Shown here piece after piece: positions 31,535 to 47,900 of a DNA stretch of 64,000 nucleotides. Every line of letters begins with the position of its first letter. Position 1 is the stretch's first letter. A model generated the notes under the pieces. That model did no database searches. It was not told where the DNA came from and was given only the letters and a program-made list of their open reading frames with translations. Source of the stretch: Octopus sinensis. Its lineage: Eukaryota. Where the stretch lies: contig NC_043023.1 in the NCBI RefSeq assembly GCF_006345805.1, positions 11,408,001 through 11,472,000 on the forward strand, given 5' to 3'. The translations under genes were made by a program, and so were the position numbers.

Positions 31535-32174
31535 GGATCTTTTCGGTTTCAACGGCACTTTTTCTAGCAGTGTCATATGAAATTGTCACCCATAATTATG
31601 ACCCTAGTATCGATCTATTGCATTTCAATCTGTTTTAGGGTTAGGGGTGAAGGGAAGGGTATCTTTTTTTTCTTCAGAAATGTAAATAAACCCAATCTGT
31701 TTCTTAAACGAGGGTCATATTCATACGGCACAGAATGTTGTTTTTTTTACCTCAATAAACGTCATTGATTGGTTGAAATTGCAGAAATTGAAGAAAAAAC
31801 ACAACAAACATCTTACAAACCACCGAATGTTCTCAATAAAGTGTTTAGTTACGTGGAAGTTATTTTAAAAACTGCCGTTCAAACCGAAAAGATCCTTTTT
31901 TCTTAAGAAATGTAAATAAACCCAATCCGTTTGTTAAACGAGGGACATATTCATACGGCACAGAATATATATTTTTTTTTACCTCAATAGACGTCAGTTA
32001 TTGGTTGAAATTGAAGAAAAAATAACAGCAAATATCTTACAAACTATAGAATTTTCTCAATAAAGCCAAGAGAAAAAGATGTTTTAGAAACACATTCTAC
32101 CGGTATACGAAGTTTAAAAGTGTTTAGTTACCTAGAAGTTATGTTAAAAACTGCCGTTCAAACCGAAATGATCC
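31535..32174 (+). mobile_element. MITE with ~29-bp TIR (GGATCTTTTCGGTTTGAACGGCAGTTTTT), one full copy plus a partial tandem copy
   Basis: TIR at 31535 and inverse TIRs ending at 31895 and 32174; no coding capacity. Confidence 0.85.
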
Positions 32175-32717
32175 GAATTATTTATTTTGTTAAAAAAAAC
32201 CTATGTGGCACTCGCGCTAAGTAGACGTTTTAGAATCTACTAGTCACTACTAGCTAGCGAGTAAGTGCGGGCATAGGGACCACTCTTCTTAAATAGTACC
32301 GGGTTAGGGTTAGGTTTAGGGTTAAAAAGTGCGCACATTGGAACCACTGTTCTCTAGTAGTACCTAGAAACACACCTCTGCACGAAAATGACACCTAATT
32401 TTTGAAAAAGTTATTAAGATGGTAAATATAAACAAAATAGATGAAGTATCCAAAAAATGACGAAGATTCATCCGTTTTTAAATATTTTATACTAAAAAAT
32501 AAAATGTTTTCGCTTCGAGAAGTTCGCATAACTTTATTATTTAAATTATTAATTAATAGTATTATTACAGTCTTAAAGTAAATCTTTATCAACTTACTGT
32601 ATTCAGATATAAACAAGCCAGTGATTGGTAATTAAGCACCTTAATTAATAATTTAATTGGACCGCAGTTGAAGCCTTGTAGAAGTTACTTCCCTTGATAT
32701 GGTTGTACTTCTATTCT

Positions 32718-32733
32718 CCAATAGATGGCTTAC
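32718..32733 (+). promoter_or_regulatory. CTCF-like motif, ZF-F promoter cassette
   Basis: CCAATAGATGGCTTAC, 121 bp from the donor. Confidence 0.45.
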
Positions 32734-32930
32734 TATCTGGTTGAAGTCGTTCCAGCTTTTTTTTTTGTCCCTTTTATCAACAATTTCACCGTCAAGTTCT
32801 TTCAAACTTTCACCAGATTATTATAACGAAGTGTATTCTCATATTCTCTACAACCGTTTCCAACGCATGATTTGACCCCGTCAAAGATACCATAATACAG
32901 AAGACGTCTTCAACATGTGGCTTCATGACG

Positions 32931-32972
32931 TGACGTCATGCCGTCGCACTTCCGGTCCTTTCCCTTACGTCA
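32931..32972. promoter_or_regulatory. CRE (TGACGTCA) + ETS (ACTTCCGG) + TTACGTCA cluster upstream of ZF-F
   Basis: TGACGTCA 32931-32938 and ACTTCCGG 32948-32955; a paralogous block lies at 42565-42604. Confidence 0.5.
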
Positions 32973-33002
32973 TTTCCTCTCCTTTCCAATCATTGTCCTT
33001 CC

Positions 33003-33212
33003 GGATCTTTTCGGTTTGACCGGCAGTTTTTTCTAGCGGTGTCATATGAAATTGTCACCCATAATTATGACCCTAGAATACATCTATTGCATTTCAATCT
33101 GTTTTAGGGGTGGGGGAAAGGGTATCCTTTTTTCTTCACAAATGTAAATAAACCTAATCTGTTTCTTAAACGAGGGACATATTCATACGGCACAGAATGC
33201 TTTTCACCTCAA
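33003..33212 (+). mobile_element. Truncated TIR-MITE
   Basis: Left TIR and about 200 bp of the family sequence. Confidence 0.8.
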
Positions 33213-33531
33213 TAGGAGATGATGATGAAAGCACAACAAAGACAAAATCAATGTCACTTAAAACTTTTATTCCTTATTCCCATTCCTTTATTCTCTCCTA
33301 ACAAATTCCTCAAAAACTCCAGCACAATCCTCTTCAGAAACCAAAGTCATCTCTGTGTTGATATATTTAGATATATAAATGATATTGAAGTTGTGATTCA
33401 TGAATTTCATGTTGACATCCAAGAAACTGAAGTTGATAATGTCAAGCTTGAAGAGGAATAAACCCTGTCTTTTAGCAGACAAAATATTCATAATTGTTGT
33501 CCTGTTGTAATAAATTTTGATATTGATACAG

Positions 33532-34901
<1,370 letters not shown>

Positions 34902-35257
34902 TATCACGATGATATTGTTTTCTTCATTTCTATGAATATGTTTCTGTTTAGTTGTGTCACTATTTTCAGAGAATAATTCGAGGCTATGCTTCTTTCATTT
35001 CTGATCTTACTTCATATTTAGAACAGAAGATATAAATAGTCAATTCCTTCAGAAATTTATCCAAGCTTAATTAACCTGTAAAGTGATGTTGCTCTCAAAT
35101 CCATCATCCAGAAGAAATATATTCCTGTTGTTTTTCATAGATTATATTTTATTCAAGTTGATGTATTGGTGAAAAATCCTTATAAATATACCATCTTTCT
35201 TTAGTTGATAAAACTGAGAAAAAATATCAAAAGCACATCTGATGAAAGAAACTTGTC

Positions 35258-35395
35258 TTATGTCAACAATGCATTTGTATCAATGCACTTGTGTTTGGTC
35301 AAGACTCTTTCTTCAGTGAATGATTTACCACAAATATCACAGTGATATGGTCTCTCACCTGAATCAGTTTTGTTTGGTTTTCTTAAATCATTCAT
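35258..35395 (-). pseudogene. 45-aa single-finger remnant fused by deletion to the ZF-G leader
   Basis: Manual translation [45 protein letters not shown]; it has its own leader and an acceptor at 35836. Confidence 0.75.
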
Positions 35396-37135
35396 TATAA
35401 GATAATAATTTCTCATATGTATCACAATGATAAGGATTTTTTCATTTTTATGTATATATTTGTGTTCAGTTGTGTCAGTATTTTCAGAGAATAATTTAAC
35501 ACTGTGTTTCTTTTATCTGTGTTATTGCTTAACATCTAAAACGGCAGATGTAAACAGTTAAAACTTTTGTAAATTTATCCAAGCTTAATTAACAAGGAAT
35601 CACCTCCTCTACATTCCAGACAGTGAAGACAACAAAAATGTTGCTCTTAATCCCATTGTCCAGAAGAAATATTTTCCCATCGTTTGTTGAAGAATTTATT
35701 TATACAAAGAAGTTGATGCATTGATGAATGTGCCTTATGAATATATGGTCTTCCTTTAATTGATGAAAGTCAATCAAAATATCAGAGGCACGTCTAAATG
35801 AAGAAATTTCTTTTACGTCAACATGATGTGATATTCTGAAATAGAAAAAAAGAAGCATGAGATAAAGAGAATCGTTAAACGACATAGTAATTCAACATTG
35901 CAAATCTTACAACATCAACACTGTCATCCATTTAGTGTCAGAATCCATTGAGGCATTTCTACGTTTCCTTAATAATCTATCTCATTTTCACGTGTTTAAA
36001 ATGTGAAGTGGCATGGCTCAGTGGTTACTGTATTTGCCTAACAATTGGAAGGCTGTGATTTCAACACCCGGAGGCACATTGTGTCACCAAGGCACTTTAT
36101 TTTACATTGCTTCAGATGGCAAAAATGAGTTTAAGCTGTAATTGAAAGGGCCACGCTTGCCACACTCTGTGTCATGCTGAATCTCCCTGAGGACTATGTT
36201 AAGGGTCTGTGGAGTACTCAGCCATTTGCACGTTAATTCCAGAAACAGGCTGTTTGGTTGATTGGATAAACTAAAACACAAAGTGCCAGTTACTGTTTCA
36301 TCCAATAAAAAAAACCGAAAGGCTAAAATTTAGGGTTAGTGTTAGGGTGAGGGTTAGTGACAGGATGTTGTCTCAGTTTTAGATGCAGCAAATAATTTGT
36401 AGCTCAATAGAGAGCATAGGATTGGTTAAAATTCGAAAAATTAAACTACGTTAAACTTTCAAATTAGAATTTTCTAAAAAAAGCCAAGAGAAAAAAATGT
36501 TTTATTTTGACACATTCTACCAGTACACGAAGTTTTAAAGTGTTTAGTTAACTAGAAATTGTGTTGGAAACTGCCGTTCAAAAGGAAAAGATCCCAAAAA
36601 AGTTTTATTTTGACACATTCTACCAGTATACGAAGTTTAAAAGTGTTTAGTTAACTAGGAATTGTGTTGAAAACTCCCGTTCAAAAGGAAAAGATCTTAA
36701 TTTTTTTAAACAAAGTAAATAAAACAAAAACACAAAGGATCGAATAGTCACGACTAGCTAGCGCGAGTGCGCACACCTGAATAGCTCTTTTTATGTAGTA
36801 ACGTCAAAGTCGACCTTGGCGATAAATCCTGACTTCAAATACGGCTAACGTCTACTTGACCTTTCACCCCTTTCGGGAACTACTGGGTTCCGTATATTCG
36901 ATTTCTCACTCGCATGAAAGATTGCTGACCCTGGGTCAAAATTTGAAACCATCATCATCATTACTATTATCAATATAACCTTAAAGTAAATCTTCAACTT
37001 ACCAATTAATTAGTGACTCATAAACAAAACGATAACATTAATTAACATGGTATTTTTCGATCGGTTTCCTCTTATTTTGCTAATTAATTACGCCGCTTTA
37101 CTCTCATTTTACCAATTAATTTACTTTATATCACA

Positions 37136-37648
37136 CTAGCAGTATTGCCCGGCGTTGCTCGGGTTTGAAAGGGAAATAACTATATAAGCATTTTTAGAGA
37201 GTTACTTCCCTTATAGATGCCAATTCGGGCTTTCTTAGCCATTTCTGTTTTGGTGTCTTCAAGCCATGAAGTCGTTGTTCTAAAAGAACGCTGGTCTCCT
37301 TGACAACGCTTTACGACGTTGATTCCCTTACACTCCCTTCCCCACAGCTTCATGAGGGAGGGAAGAAGGGGGAGAAGCAAACAGGTGCAGGAGTGACCAT
37401 AGACGCCAACTCCGCCGCCATCGGCACACGAAAAATTATGCATTAAAATGGAATAAAAAATGATGCTAAATTATTTTTAAAATCGTAGAATCATCGTAGA
37501 TGCGCGCTAATACTCAGACGGGCTCGATATGAATCACGACTATAAGATACCCGAATTTGGTTAAACTGCACCGCAAAATGTGGGAGTAGTTAGGAATCTA
37601 AATCGAAGGGGACAGACACTCACACAACTACAGTTTTATATATATAGA
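37136..37648 (-). mobile_element. Non-autonomous Helitron
   Basis: Minus strand reads A|TCTATATATATAAAAC...CCCGAGCAACGCCGGG hairpin...CTAG|T. Removing it restores TTTATATCACATGTAAC, which is intact in a paralog (~43570). Confidence 0.85.
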
Positions 37649-38181
37649 TGTAACGGTGGTTCATAGGTTTTCATAATTTCTTTATAATCGTGAGCTATAC
37701 CGTTTGAAACGTATTTATATAGAATTACATTTACAAAAAAAAAAACCCGTTTTCCTAAAAGTTTTCGGAAAACCTTTGGATCTTGTCAATTTTCTGAAGG
37801 CCTCTCACCCTCATTGCCTTCTGCACATTTTTCTCTTCAGATCCCTTTTCTACCCCTTTTTCTTTTATACCCGTTGCACTAAAACAGTTTGGAAGTTCTT
37901 CAGACGAACAAATCTATTTTCCTAATTGTTGTCAGGTTCCCGTTTCGAAATAATTACTCCAACATCCAGAGAAGTTCACAGAAATCTATTATCTTCCATT
38001 ATCATTAGTAGTATTATTATCATGATTACAGCCTTAATTAAATCTTTGTCAACTTACCCGATCCAGATATAAACGACTCAGTGACCGGTAATTAACCCCT
38101 CTAATTAATAATTCCCATAACACTTTGATAGAAGTGCTGTAGAGGTTATTTCCCTTTATATGGCTGTACTTCCTCAATTCT

Positions 38182-38197
38182 CCCATAGATGACTCTA
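38182..38197 (+). promoter_or_regulatory. CTCF-like motif (degenerate), ZF-G locus cassette
   Basis: CCCATAGATGACTCTA, 125 bp from the donor at 38057. Confidence 0.35.
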
Positions 38198-38334
38198 CCG
38201 ACTGGTTGGATTTGTTCCAGCTTTTTTTTCTTTGACCCATTCTATCAGAAACTTCACTGAGTTTCTTCAAACTTTCACCAGATTATTATCAGGTCATCCC
38301 AAAAGTTCTGTCCGAATTTTGAATAAAGAAAACA

Positions 38335-39190
38335 GATCTTTCCGGTTTGATCGGCAGTTTTTTTAAATAATTTCCATGTAACTAAACACTTTTAAACTTC
38401 GTATACTGGTAGAATGTGTTTATAAAACATCTTTTTCTCATGGCTTTATTGAGAAAATTCTATAGTTTGTAAGATATTTGTTGTTTTTTTCTTCAATTTC
38501 TGCAATTTCAACCAGTCACTGATGTCCATTGAGGTAAAAAACATTCTGTGCTGTATGAATATGTCGCTCGTTTAAGAAACAGATTGGGATATTTTCGGTT
38601 TGAACGGCAGTTTTTTAAAGTAAATTCCACGTAACTAAACACTTTTAAACTTCGTATACTGGTAGAATGTGTTTATAAAACATCTTTTTCTCTTTTCTTT
38701 CTTGAGAAAATTCTATAGTTTGTAAGATATTTGTTGTTCTTTTTTACTTCAATTTCTGCAATTTCAACCAATCAATTACGTCTATTGAGGTAAAAAAAAC
38801 ATTCTGCACTGTCTGAATATGTCCCTCGTTTAAGAAACAGATTGGGTTTATTTATATTTGTGAAGAAAAAAAAGATACCCTTCCCCCACCCTAACCCTAA
38901 AACAGATTGAAATGCAATAGATCGATAGTAGGGTCATAATTATGGGTGACAATTTCAACCTATCAATGACGTCTATTGAGGTGAAAACATTCTGTGCCGT
39001 ATGAATATGTCCCTAGTTTAAGAAACAGACTGGGTTTATTCACATTTGTGAAGAAAAAAAAGATACCCTTTCCCCACCCCTATCCCTAAAACAGATTGAA
39101 ATGCAATAGATCGATACTAGGGTCATAATTATTGGTGACAATTTCATATGATACCGCTAGAAAAAACTGCCGTTCAAACCGAAAAGATCC
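38335..39190 (-). mobile_element. Nested or tandem cluster of TIR-MITE copies
   Basis: TIR starts at 38335 and 38587; the inverse TIR ends at 39190. Confidence 0.85.
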
Positions 39191-39625
39191 AATTTTTTAT
39201 TATTGTACAGAATCCACTGGAACCTGGAGCAGCACTCTGGTTTGACAGCTCCTGTCGCACTTGACCACCCAAGCTTGCATAAATATGGACATTAAAGTAT
39301 GATGATGATGATGTTGATGATGAAAACACAACAAAGACCAAATCAATGTCACTTAAAACTTTTATTCCTTATTCCCATTCCTTTATTCTCTCATAACAAA
39401 TTCCTCAAAAGTCCAGCACAATCCTCTTCAGAAATCAAAGTCATCTCTGTGTTGATATTTTTATATATATAAATGATACTGAAGTTGGGGTTCGTTAATA
39501 TCAAATTGCTAATGATGAAATTAAAGTTGATGAGGTCAAACCTGAATAGGAATAAATCTAGTCTTTTAACAGACAAAATATTCGTAATTGTTGTCCCGTT
39601 CTAATAAATTTTGATATTGATACGG

Positions 39626-41414
<1,789 letters not shown>

Positions 41415-41703
41415 TCATCTGTGATCTTGCTTAATATCCAAAACAAGAGATGTAAACTTAATTAACCTGTAAATTGATCATCTCCTCAACATTCCAGACA
41501 GTGAAGTCAAGTAAATGTTGCCGTTAATTGCAATGTCCAGAAAAATTATTTTCCCATCGTTCATTGAAGATTTTATTCGTATACAGAGGTTGATGCGTTG
41601 ATGAATGTGCCTTATGAATATATGGTCTTCCTTTAATTGATGAAAGTCAATCAAAATATCAAAGGTACATCTGAATGAAGAAACGTCAACATGATGTGAT
41701 ATT

Positions 41704-42223
41704 CTGAAACAGAAAAAAAGAAGCAGTGAGATAAAGAGAATCGTTAAACGACATAGTAATTCAACATTGCAAATCTTACAACATCAACACTGTCATCCAT
41801 TTAATGTCTGGGTTTCAGGGGTCAGAATCCATTGAGGAATTGAAAGCTTTACAACATTCTGTATATAGATGAATCGCTTCAACATTTCACAAATTATTTA
41901 TCTGTTTTCTTTCTCTTCTAGGTAAATAAATCATTTTTTAAAACAATGTATATAATTTTTTTACACAAATAAAATATTTTTCGAACAGTTAATCCTCGTT
42001 GCCGGAATTTTAACAAAAAAAAAAAAAAAAAATCAAAGGCGATTTATTAGTACAAACCTCAATATTGGTAATTGTTAATACGCAAAGTAAATAATTTTTT
42101 AAAGTAAGTAAATATATTATTTTTATAAACAAATTAAGGTTAGGGTTAAAAAGTCGTTGTAGGATCGACTACTTACGACAAGCCACTGGTCGCAGGTAGT
42201 ACCGTAAAACTTTGTCAATTTAC
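41704..42223 (-). other. Putative 5'-UTR intron of ZF-H
   Basis: ACG|GTAAAT donor at 42223 and TTTCAG acceptor at 41704. Confidence 0.55.
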
Positions 42224-42349
42224 CGTATTCACATGTAAACAACGAATCAGAGTTCAGTAATTAAGCACCTTAATTAATAATTTACTTGGATCTCGGTTTA
42301 AGTGTTGTAGAAGTTATTTCCCTTTATACGATTGTATTTCTATAATTCT

Positions 42350-42365
42350 CTAATAGATGGCTCTA
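42350..42365 (+). promoter_or_regulatory. CTCF-like motif, ZF-H cassette
   Basis: CTAATAGATGGCTCTA, 127 bp from the donor. Confidence 0.45.
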
Positions 42366-42564
42366 CTGAGCGATTGGTTTCGTTTAAGGGTTATTCTTTG
42401 TCCCTTTCTGTCAACAACTTCCCCTTCAAATTCTTTCAAATTCTCACCAGATTATTTTAAGGAAGTGTACTCACATATTCTACTCTGCGGCCGTTTCCCA
42501 GCACACGACATGGCATCATCGCAAATACTGTAGGAATAAAGACGTCTTCAACCACTGGCTTCCC

Positions 42565-42604
42565 CACGTCATGCCGTCGTACTTCCGGTCCCTTCCTGAC
42601 GTCA
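42565..42604. promoter_or_regulatory. ETS (ACTTCCGG) + CRE (TGACGTCA) in the ZF-H/ZF-I head-to-head interval
   Basis: ACTTCCGG 42581-42588 and TGACGTCA 42597-42604. Confidence 0.5.
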
Positions 42605-42708
42605 TTTCCTCTCCCTTCTAATTATTCTGCTTCCTTGACAATTGACCCTAGTCGGAAGAACAATGCGCCTTTATTCCGATTCGTAATCGTCCATTCTGTT
42701 AAGGGCGA

Positions 42709-43107
42709 GGATCTTTTCGGTTTGAACGGCAATCTTTTCTAGCGGTGTCATATGAAATTGTCACCCATAATTACGACCCTAGAATCAATCTATTGGATTT
42801 CAATCTGTTTTTGGGTTAGGGTTAGGGGGGGAGGGTATTTTTTTCTTCAGAATTGTAAATAAACACAATCTGTTTCTTAAACGAGGGACATATTCATACA
42901 ACACAGAATGTTTTCACCTCAATAGACGTCATTGATTGGTTGAAATTGAAGAAAAACAACAAATATCTTACAAACTATAGCATTTTCTCAAGAAAGCCAA
43001 GAGAAAAAGATGTTTCATAAACACATTCTACCAGTATACGAAGTTTAAAAGTGTTTAGTTTCGTGGAAATTATTTTTTAAAATCTGTCGGTCAAAGCGAA
43101 AATATCC
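42709..43107 (+). mobile_element. Full-length TIR-MITE
   Basis: Both TIRs are present (the right one degenerate); about 400 bp. Confidence 0.85.
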
Positions 43108-43228
43108 TAGAATATACAAGTAAACTTTATTAAAATAATCTGGTGAGAATTTTTAAAAACTTGAAGATGGAGTTATTCACAGAAAGGGACAAAGTTAAAA
43201 AAACACCGGAAGGAATCCAACAATTCAG

Positions 43229-43244
43229 TAGCGCTCTCTATTGG
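43229..43244 (-). promoter_or_regulatory. CTCF-like motif, ZF-I cassette
   Basis: TAGCGCTCTCTATTGG (reverse complement CCAATAGAGAGCGCTA), 139 bp upstream of the donor at 43383. Confidence 0.4.
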
Positions 43245-43821
43245 AGAATTAAGGAAATACAATTATATCAAGGGGAAACAACTTCTTCACCACATCAACC
43301 ACGAGACCAAAATAGCTAATTAGGGAAGTTAATTAGGGAGGTTAATTACCGATCACTGAGTCACTGTTTATTTGTGAATTCGGTAAGTTGACAAATATTT
43401 ACTTTAAGGCTGTAATAGTGTTGATAATACTACTAATAATAAGGTAAATAATAGAATTATGTTTCCAAGCGGGAACCTGACAATAATTAGGAAAATATAT
43501 TTGCTCGTCTTAATTAATAATTTCCAAACTGAAATGTTGATTTGTTGTTTATAAAATACTGTGACCGACTGTTACATGTGATATAAAGTAAATTAGTTGG
43601 TAAAAATGAATGTAATGTAGCATAATTAATTAGTAAAATGAGAAGAAACCGATTGAAGAATACCACGTTAATTAATTCTGTCCCGTTGTTAATTAGGCAT
43701 TGATAAAACGGTAAGTTGATGAAGATTTGCTTTAAGGTTATATTAATAATCGTAATGATGGTTTAAAATTTTGACCCAGGGCCATCAGTCAACCTCGGCT
43801 GTATTTGAACCCAAGACTCTG

Positions 43822-44226
43822 GGATCTTTTCGGTTTGAACGGCAGTTTTTTAAAATAATTTCCACGTAACTAAACACTTTTAAACTTCGTATACTGGTAG
43901 AATGTGTTTATAAAACATCTTTTTCTCTTGGCTTTCTTGAGAAAATTCTATAGTCTGTCAGATGTTCTTTTTTCTTCAATTTCTGCAATTTCAACCAATC
44001 AATGACGTCTATTGAGGTGAAAACATTATGTGCCGTATGATAAGTCCCTAGTTTAAGAAACAGATTGGGTTTATTTACATTTCTAAAGAAAATAAGATAC
44101 CCTTCCCCCCACCCCTAACCCTAAAACAGATTGAAATGCAATAGATCGATACTAGGGTCATAATTATGGGTGACAATTTCATATGACACCGGTAGAAAAA
44201 AATTGCCGTTCAAAATGAAAAGATCC
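43822..44226 (-). mobile_element. Full-length TIR-MITE
   Basis: GGATCTTTTCGGTTTGAAC at 43822 and ...AAAAGATCC at 44226. Confidence 0.85.
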
Positions 44227-44519
44227 CCCAAGACTTACTGTCGAGATCGACACTGTCTTTCATTTTTTTCAGGGTGAGTAAAAAATAATAATAATCAAGG
44301 TGCCGCGCAGTGGGAATGAACTCAGAACATAGCGATAGGCGAAATACCACTCAGCATTTCATGCAGCGTGCTAATGACTCTGCCAGTAAATAATGGAATT
44401 ATGTGAACCCTTCGAAGTTACTGCAATCTGTGAAAATGCATAGAAAGATTGAGAAAATATGCTCCCTTGTCTTAGATATATCAAAAATGAATTTTTCTGA
44501 AATGTATGAGGAAGGTAGG

Positions 44520-44810
44520 AGTAGGGCCGACCAAAGCCTTGTGAGTGGATTTCGTAGACGGAAACTGAAAGAAGCCCTTTGTATATGTGTGTATATATAT
44601 ATATGTGTTTGTGTGTCTGTGTTTGTCTCCCCAACATCGCTTGAAAACAGATGCTGGTGTGTTTACATCCCTGTAACTTAGCGGTTCAGTAAAAGCGACC
44701 GATAGAATAAGTAACTAGGCTTCCAAACAATAAGTCCTGGGGTCGATTTGCTTGACTAAAAGGCGGTGCTCCAGCATAGCCACAGTCAAATGACTGAAAC
44801 AAGTAAAAGT
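44520..44810 (+). mobile_element. CORE-like SINE, 5'-truncated
   Basis: GGGCCGACCAAAGCCTTGTGAGTGGATTT...AAACAAGTAAAAG. Confidence 0.75.
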
Positions 44811-45345
44811 TGTGTAGGTATGCCAGTCTTTCAACACTTCAATGAACTCCGACCCTTGCGAACATTGACATTAAACGGATGACAGTATTAATGTTGTAAA
44901 ATTTGCAATGTTGAATTATTATGTCACTTAACTATTCTCTTTATCTCACTGTTTCTTTTCCTCTTTCAGAATATCACATCTTGTTGACGTAAAAGAAATC
45001 TTGTTGTTCAGATGTGACTTATGATTTTTTTATGGACTTTCATCAACTAAAGGAAGATGATATATTTATAAGGAGCCTTCATCAATACATCAACCTTTTT
45101 ATACTGATATAATCTATGACAAACAACAGCAAAATATTTTTCTTGTCTTCACTGTCTGGAATGTAGAGGAGGTGATTGCTTTACAAGTTTGTGTAACTTT
45201 ACGAAGGACTTGACAGTTTTCACCTGCTAATTTAGATATTAAGTAAGATCACAGATGAATGAAACATAGCATTAAATTATTCCCTGAAAATACTAACTGA
45301 ACTGAACACAAACATATTCATAGAAAAGAAAAAAACAATATTTTT

Positions 45346-47112
45346 GTGATATATATGAGAAATTATTCTCTCAGAATGAATAATTTAATAAAATCTAAAA
45401 ACACTGATACAAAAGAGAAACCATATTCCTGTGATGTCTGTGGAAAATCATTTTCTCTAAGAAGTAACTTGATTAGACACAGATATATTCATACAGGTGA
45501 GAAGCCATATCATTGTGATATCTGTGGGAAATCATTCCCTGCAAACGGTGACTTGACGATTCACAAGCGTGTTCATACTGGGGAAAAACCATATCACTGT
45601 GATATCTGTGGTAAATCATTTTCTGGAAGTAATGACTTGACTAAACACCAGCGCATTCATACAGGAGATAAACCATATCGTTGTGATATCTGTGGCAAAT
45701 CCTTTTCTCTAAATAGCGCTTTAACTAGTCACAAATATATACATATGGGAGAGATGCCATATCATTGTGATATCTGTGGTAAATCATTCTCTCAAAGAAG
45801 TAACTTGACTGTTCACAGACGTATTCATACGGGTGAGAAGCCATATCATTGTGATGTCTGTGGAAAATCATTTTCTCGGAGAAATCACTTGTCTGTTCAC
45901 AAACATACACATACAGGAGAAAAACCGTGTCATTGCGATACCTGTGGTAAATCATTCTCTTGTAATAGTCAGTTGACTACTCATAGATGTATTCATACTG
46001 GTGAAAAACCATATCCCTGCGATTTATGTGGTAAATCATTTTCTCAAACTCATGCTTTAACTAGACACAAACGTGTTCATACAGGTGAGAAGCCATATCA
46101 TTGTGATATCTGTGGGAAATCATTCTCTGCAAACGGTAGCTTGACGATTCACAAGCGTGTTCATACTGGGGAAAAACCATATCACTGTGATATCTGTGGT
46201 AGATCATTTTCTGGAAGTAATGACTTGACTAAACACCAGCGCATTCATACAGGAGATAAACCATATCGTTGTGATATCTGTGGCAAATCCTTTTCTCTAA
46301 ATAGCGCTTTAACTAGTCACAAATATATACATACGGGAGAGATGCCATATCGTTGTGATATCTGTGGTAAATCATTCTCTGGAAATAGTCAATTGACTAG
46401 TCACAGACGTATTCACACAGGTGAGAAACCATATCGCTGTGATATCTGTGGTAAATCATTTTCTGTAAATAGCACTTTAACTAAACACAAGCGTATTCAT
46501 ACAGGTGAGAAGCCATATCAATGTATTATCTGCGGTAAATCATTTTCTGAAAATGGAGCTTTAACTCGTCACAAACGTATTCATACTGGGGAAAAACCAT
46601 ATCAGTGTGATATCTGTGACAAATCATTTTCCGAAAGTAGCAGTGTAACTAGTCACAAGCGTATTCATACTGGGGAAAAACCATATCAGTGTGATATCTG
46701 TGGCAAATCATTTTCCGAAAGTAGCAGTGTAACTAGTCACAAGCGTATTCATACTGGGGAAAAACCATATCAGTGTGATATCTGTGGCAAATCATTTTCC
46801 GAAAGTAGCAGTGTAACTAGTCACAAGCGTATTCATACAGGAGAGAAGCCACATCGCTGTGATATCTGTGGTGGGTCATTTTCTAATGCCAGTTACATGA
46901 AAAGGCACAAACGTATTCATAGAGCTGAGAAGCCATATCACTGTGATACATGTGGCAAGTCATTCTCTAAATGTAGTGTCTTAACTAAACACCAGCGTAT
47001 TCACACAGGAGAGAAACCATATCATTGTGATATCTGTGGTAAATCATTCTCTTGTAGTAGCCACCTGTCTAAACATAAACGTATTCATACAGGAGAGAAG
47101 TCATCATTGTAA
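45346..47112 (+). CDS. ZF-I: 20-finger C2H2 array
   Basis: ORF track 588 aa (GTG start; in-frame ATGs at 45355 and 45376). A 3-finger block recurs 588 bp later and ESSSVTSH occurs three times. A small deletion gives EKSSL*. Confidence 0.92.
   Translation: MIYMRNYSLRMNNLIKSKNTDTKEKPYSCDVCGKSFSLRSNLIRHRYIHTGEKPYHCDICGKSFPANGDLTIHKRVHTGEKPYHCDICGKSFSGSNDLTKHQRIHTGDKPYRCDICGKSFSLNSALTSHKYIHMGEMPYHCDICGKSFSQRSNLTVHRRIHTGEKPYHCDVCGKSFSRRNHLSVHKHTHTGEKPCHCDTCGKSFSCNSQLTTHRCIHTGEKPYPCDLCGKSFSQTHALTRHKRVHTGEKPYHCDICGKSFSANGSLTIHKRVHTGEKPYHCDICGRSFSGSNDLTKHQRIHTGDKPYRCDICGKSFSLNSALTSHKYIHTGEMPYRCDICGKSFSGNSQLTSHRRIHTGEKPYRCDICGKSFSVNSTLTKHKRIHTGEKPYQCIICGKSFSENGALTRHKRIHTGEKPYQCDICDKSFSESSSVTSHKRIHTGEKPYQCDICGKSFSESSSVTSHKRIHTGEKPYQCDICGKSFSESSSVTSHKRIHTGEKPHRCDICGGSFSNASYMKRHKRIHRAEKPYHCDTCGKSFSKCSVLTKHQRIHTGEKPYHCDICGKSFSCSSHLSKHKRIHTGEKSSL

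Positions 47113-47900
<788 letters not shown>

Larger units (their letters stand above)
31103..32597 (-). other. Putative 5'-UTR intron of ZF-F
   Basis: GTAAGT donor at 32597 and TTTTTCAG acceptor at 31103. Confidence 0.6.
43383..44969 (+). other. Putative 5'-UTR intron of ZF-I
   Basis: CG|GTAAGT donor at 43383 and CTCTTTCAG acceptor at 44969. Confidence 0.65.

Noticed and set aside
43811-44234. CCAAGACT on both sides of the MITE as an 8-bp TSD
   Set aside because: The left copy is offset 3 bp from the TIR and other copies show no consistent TSD, so the superfamily is left unassigned.
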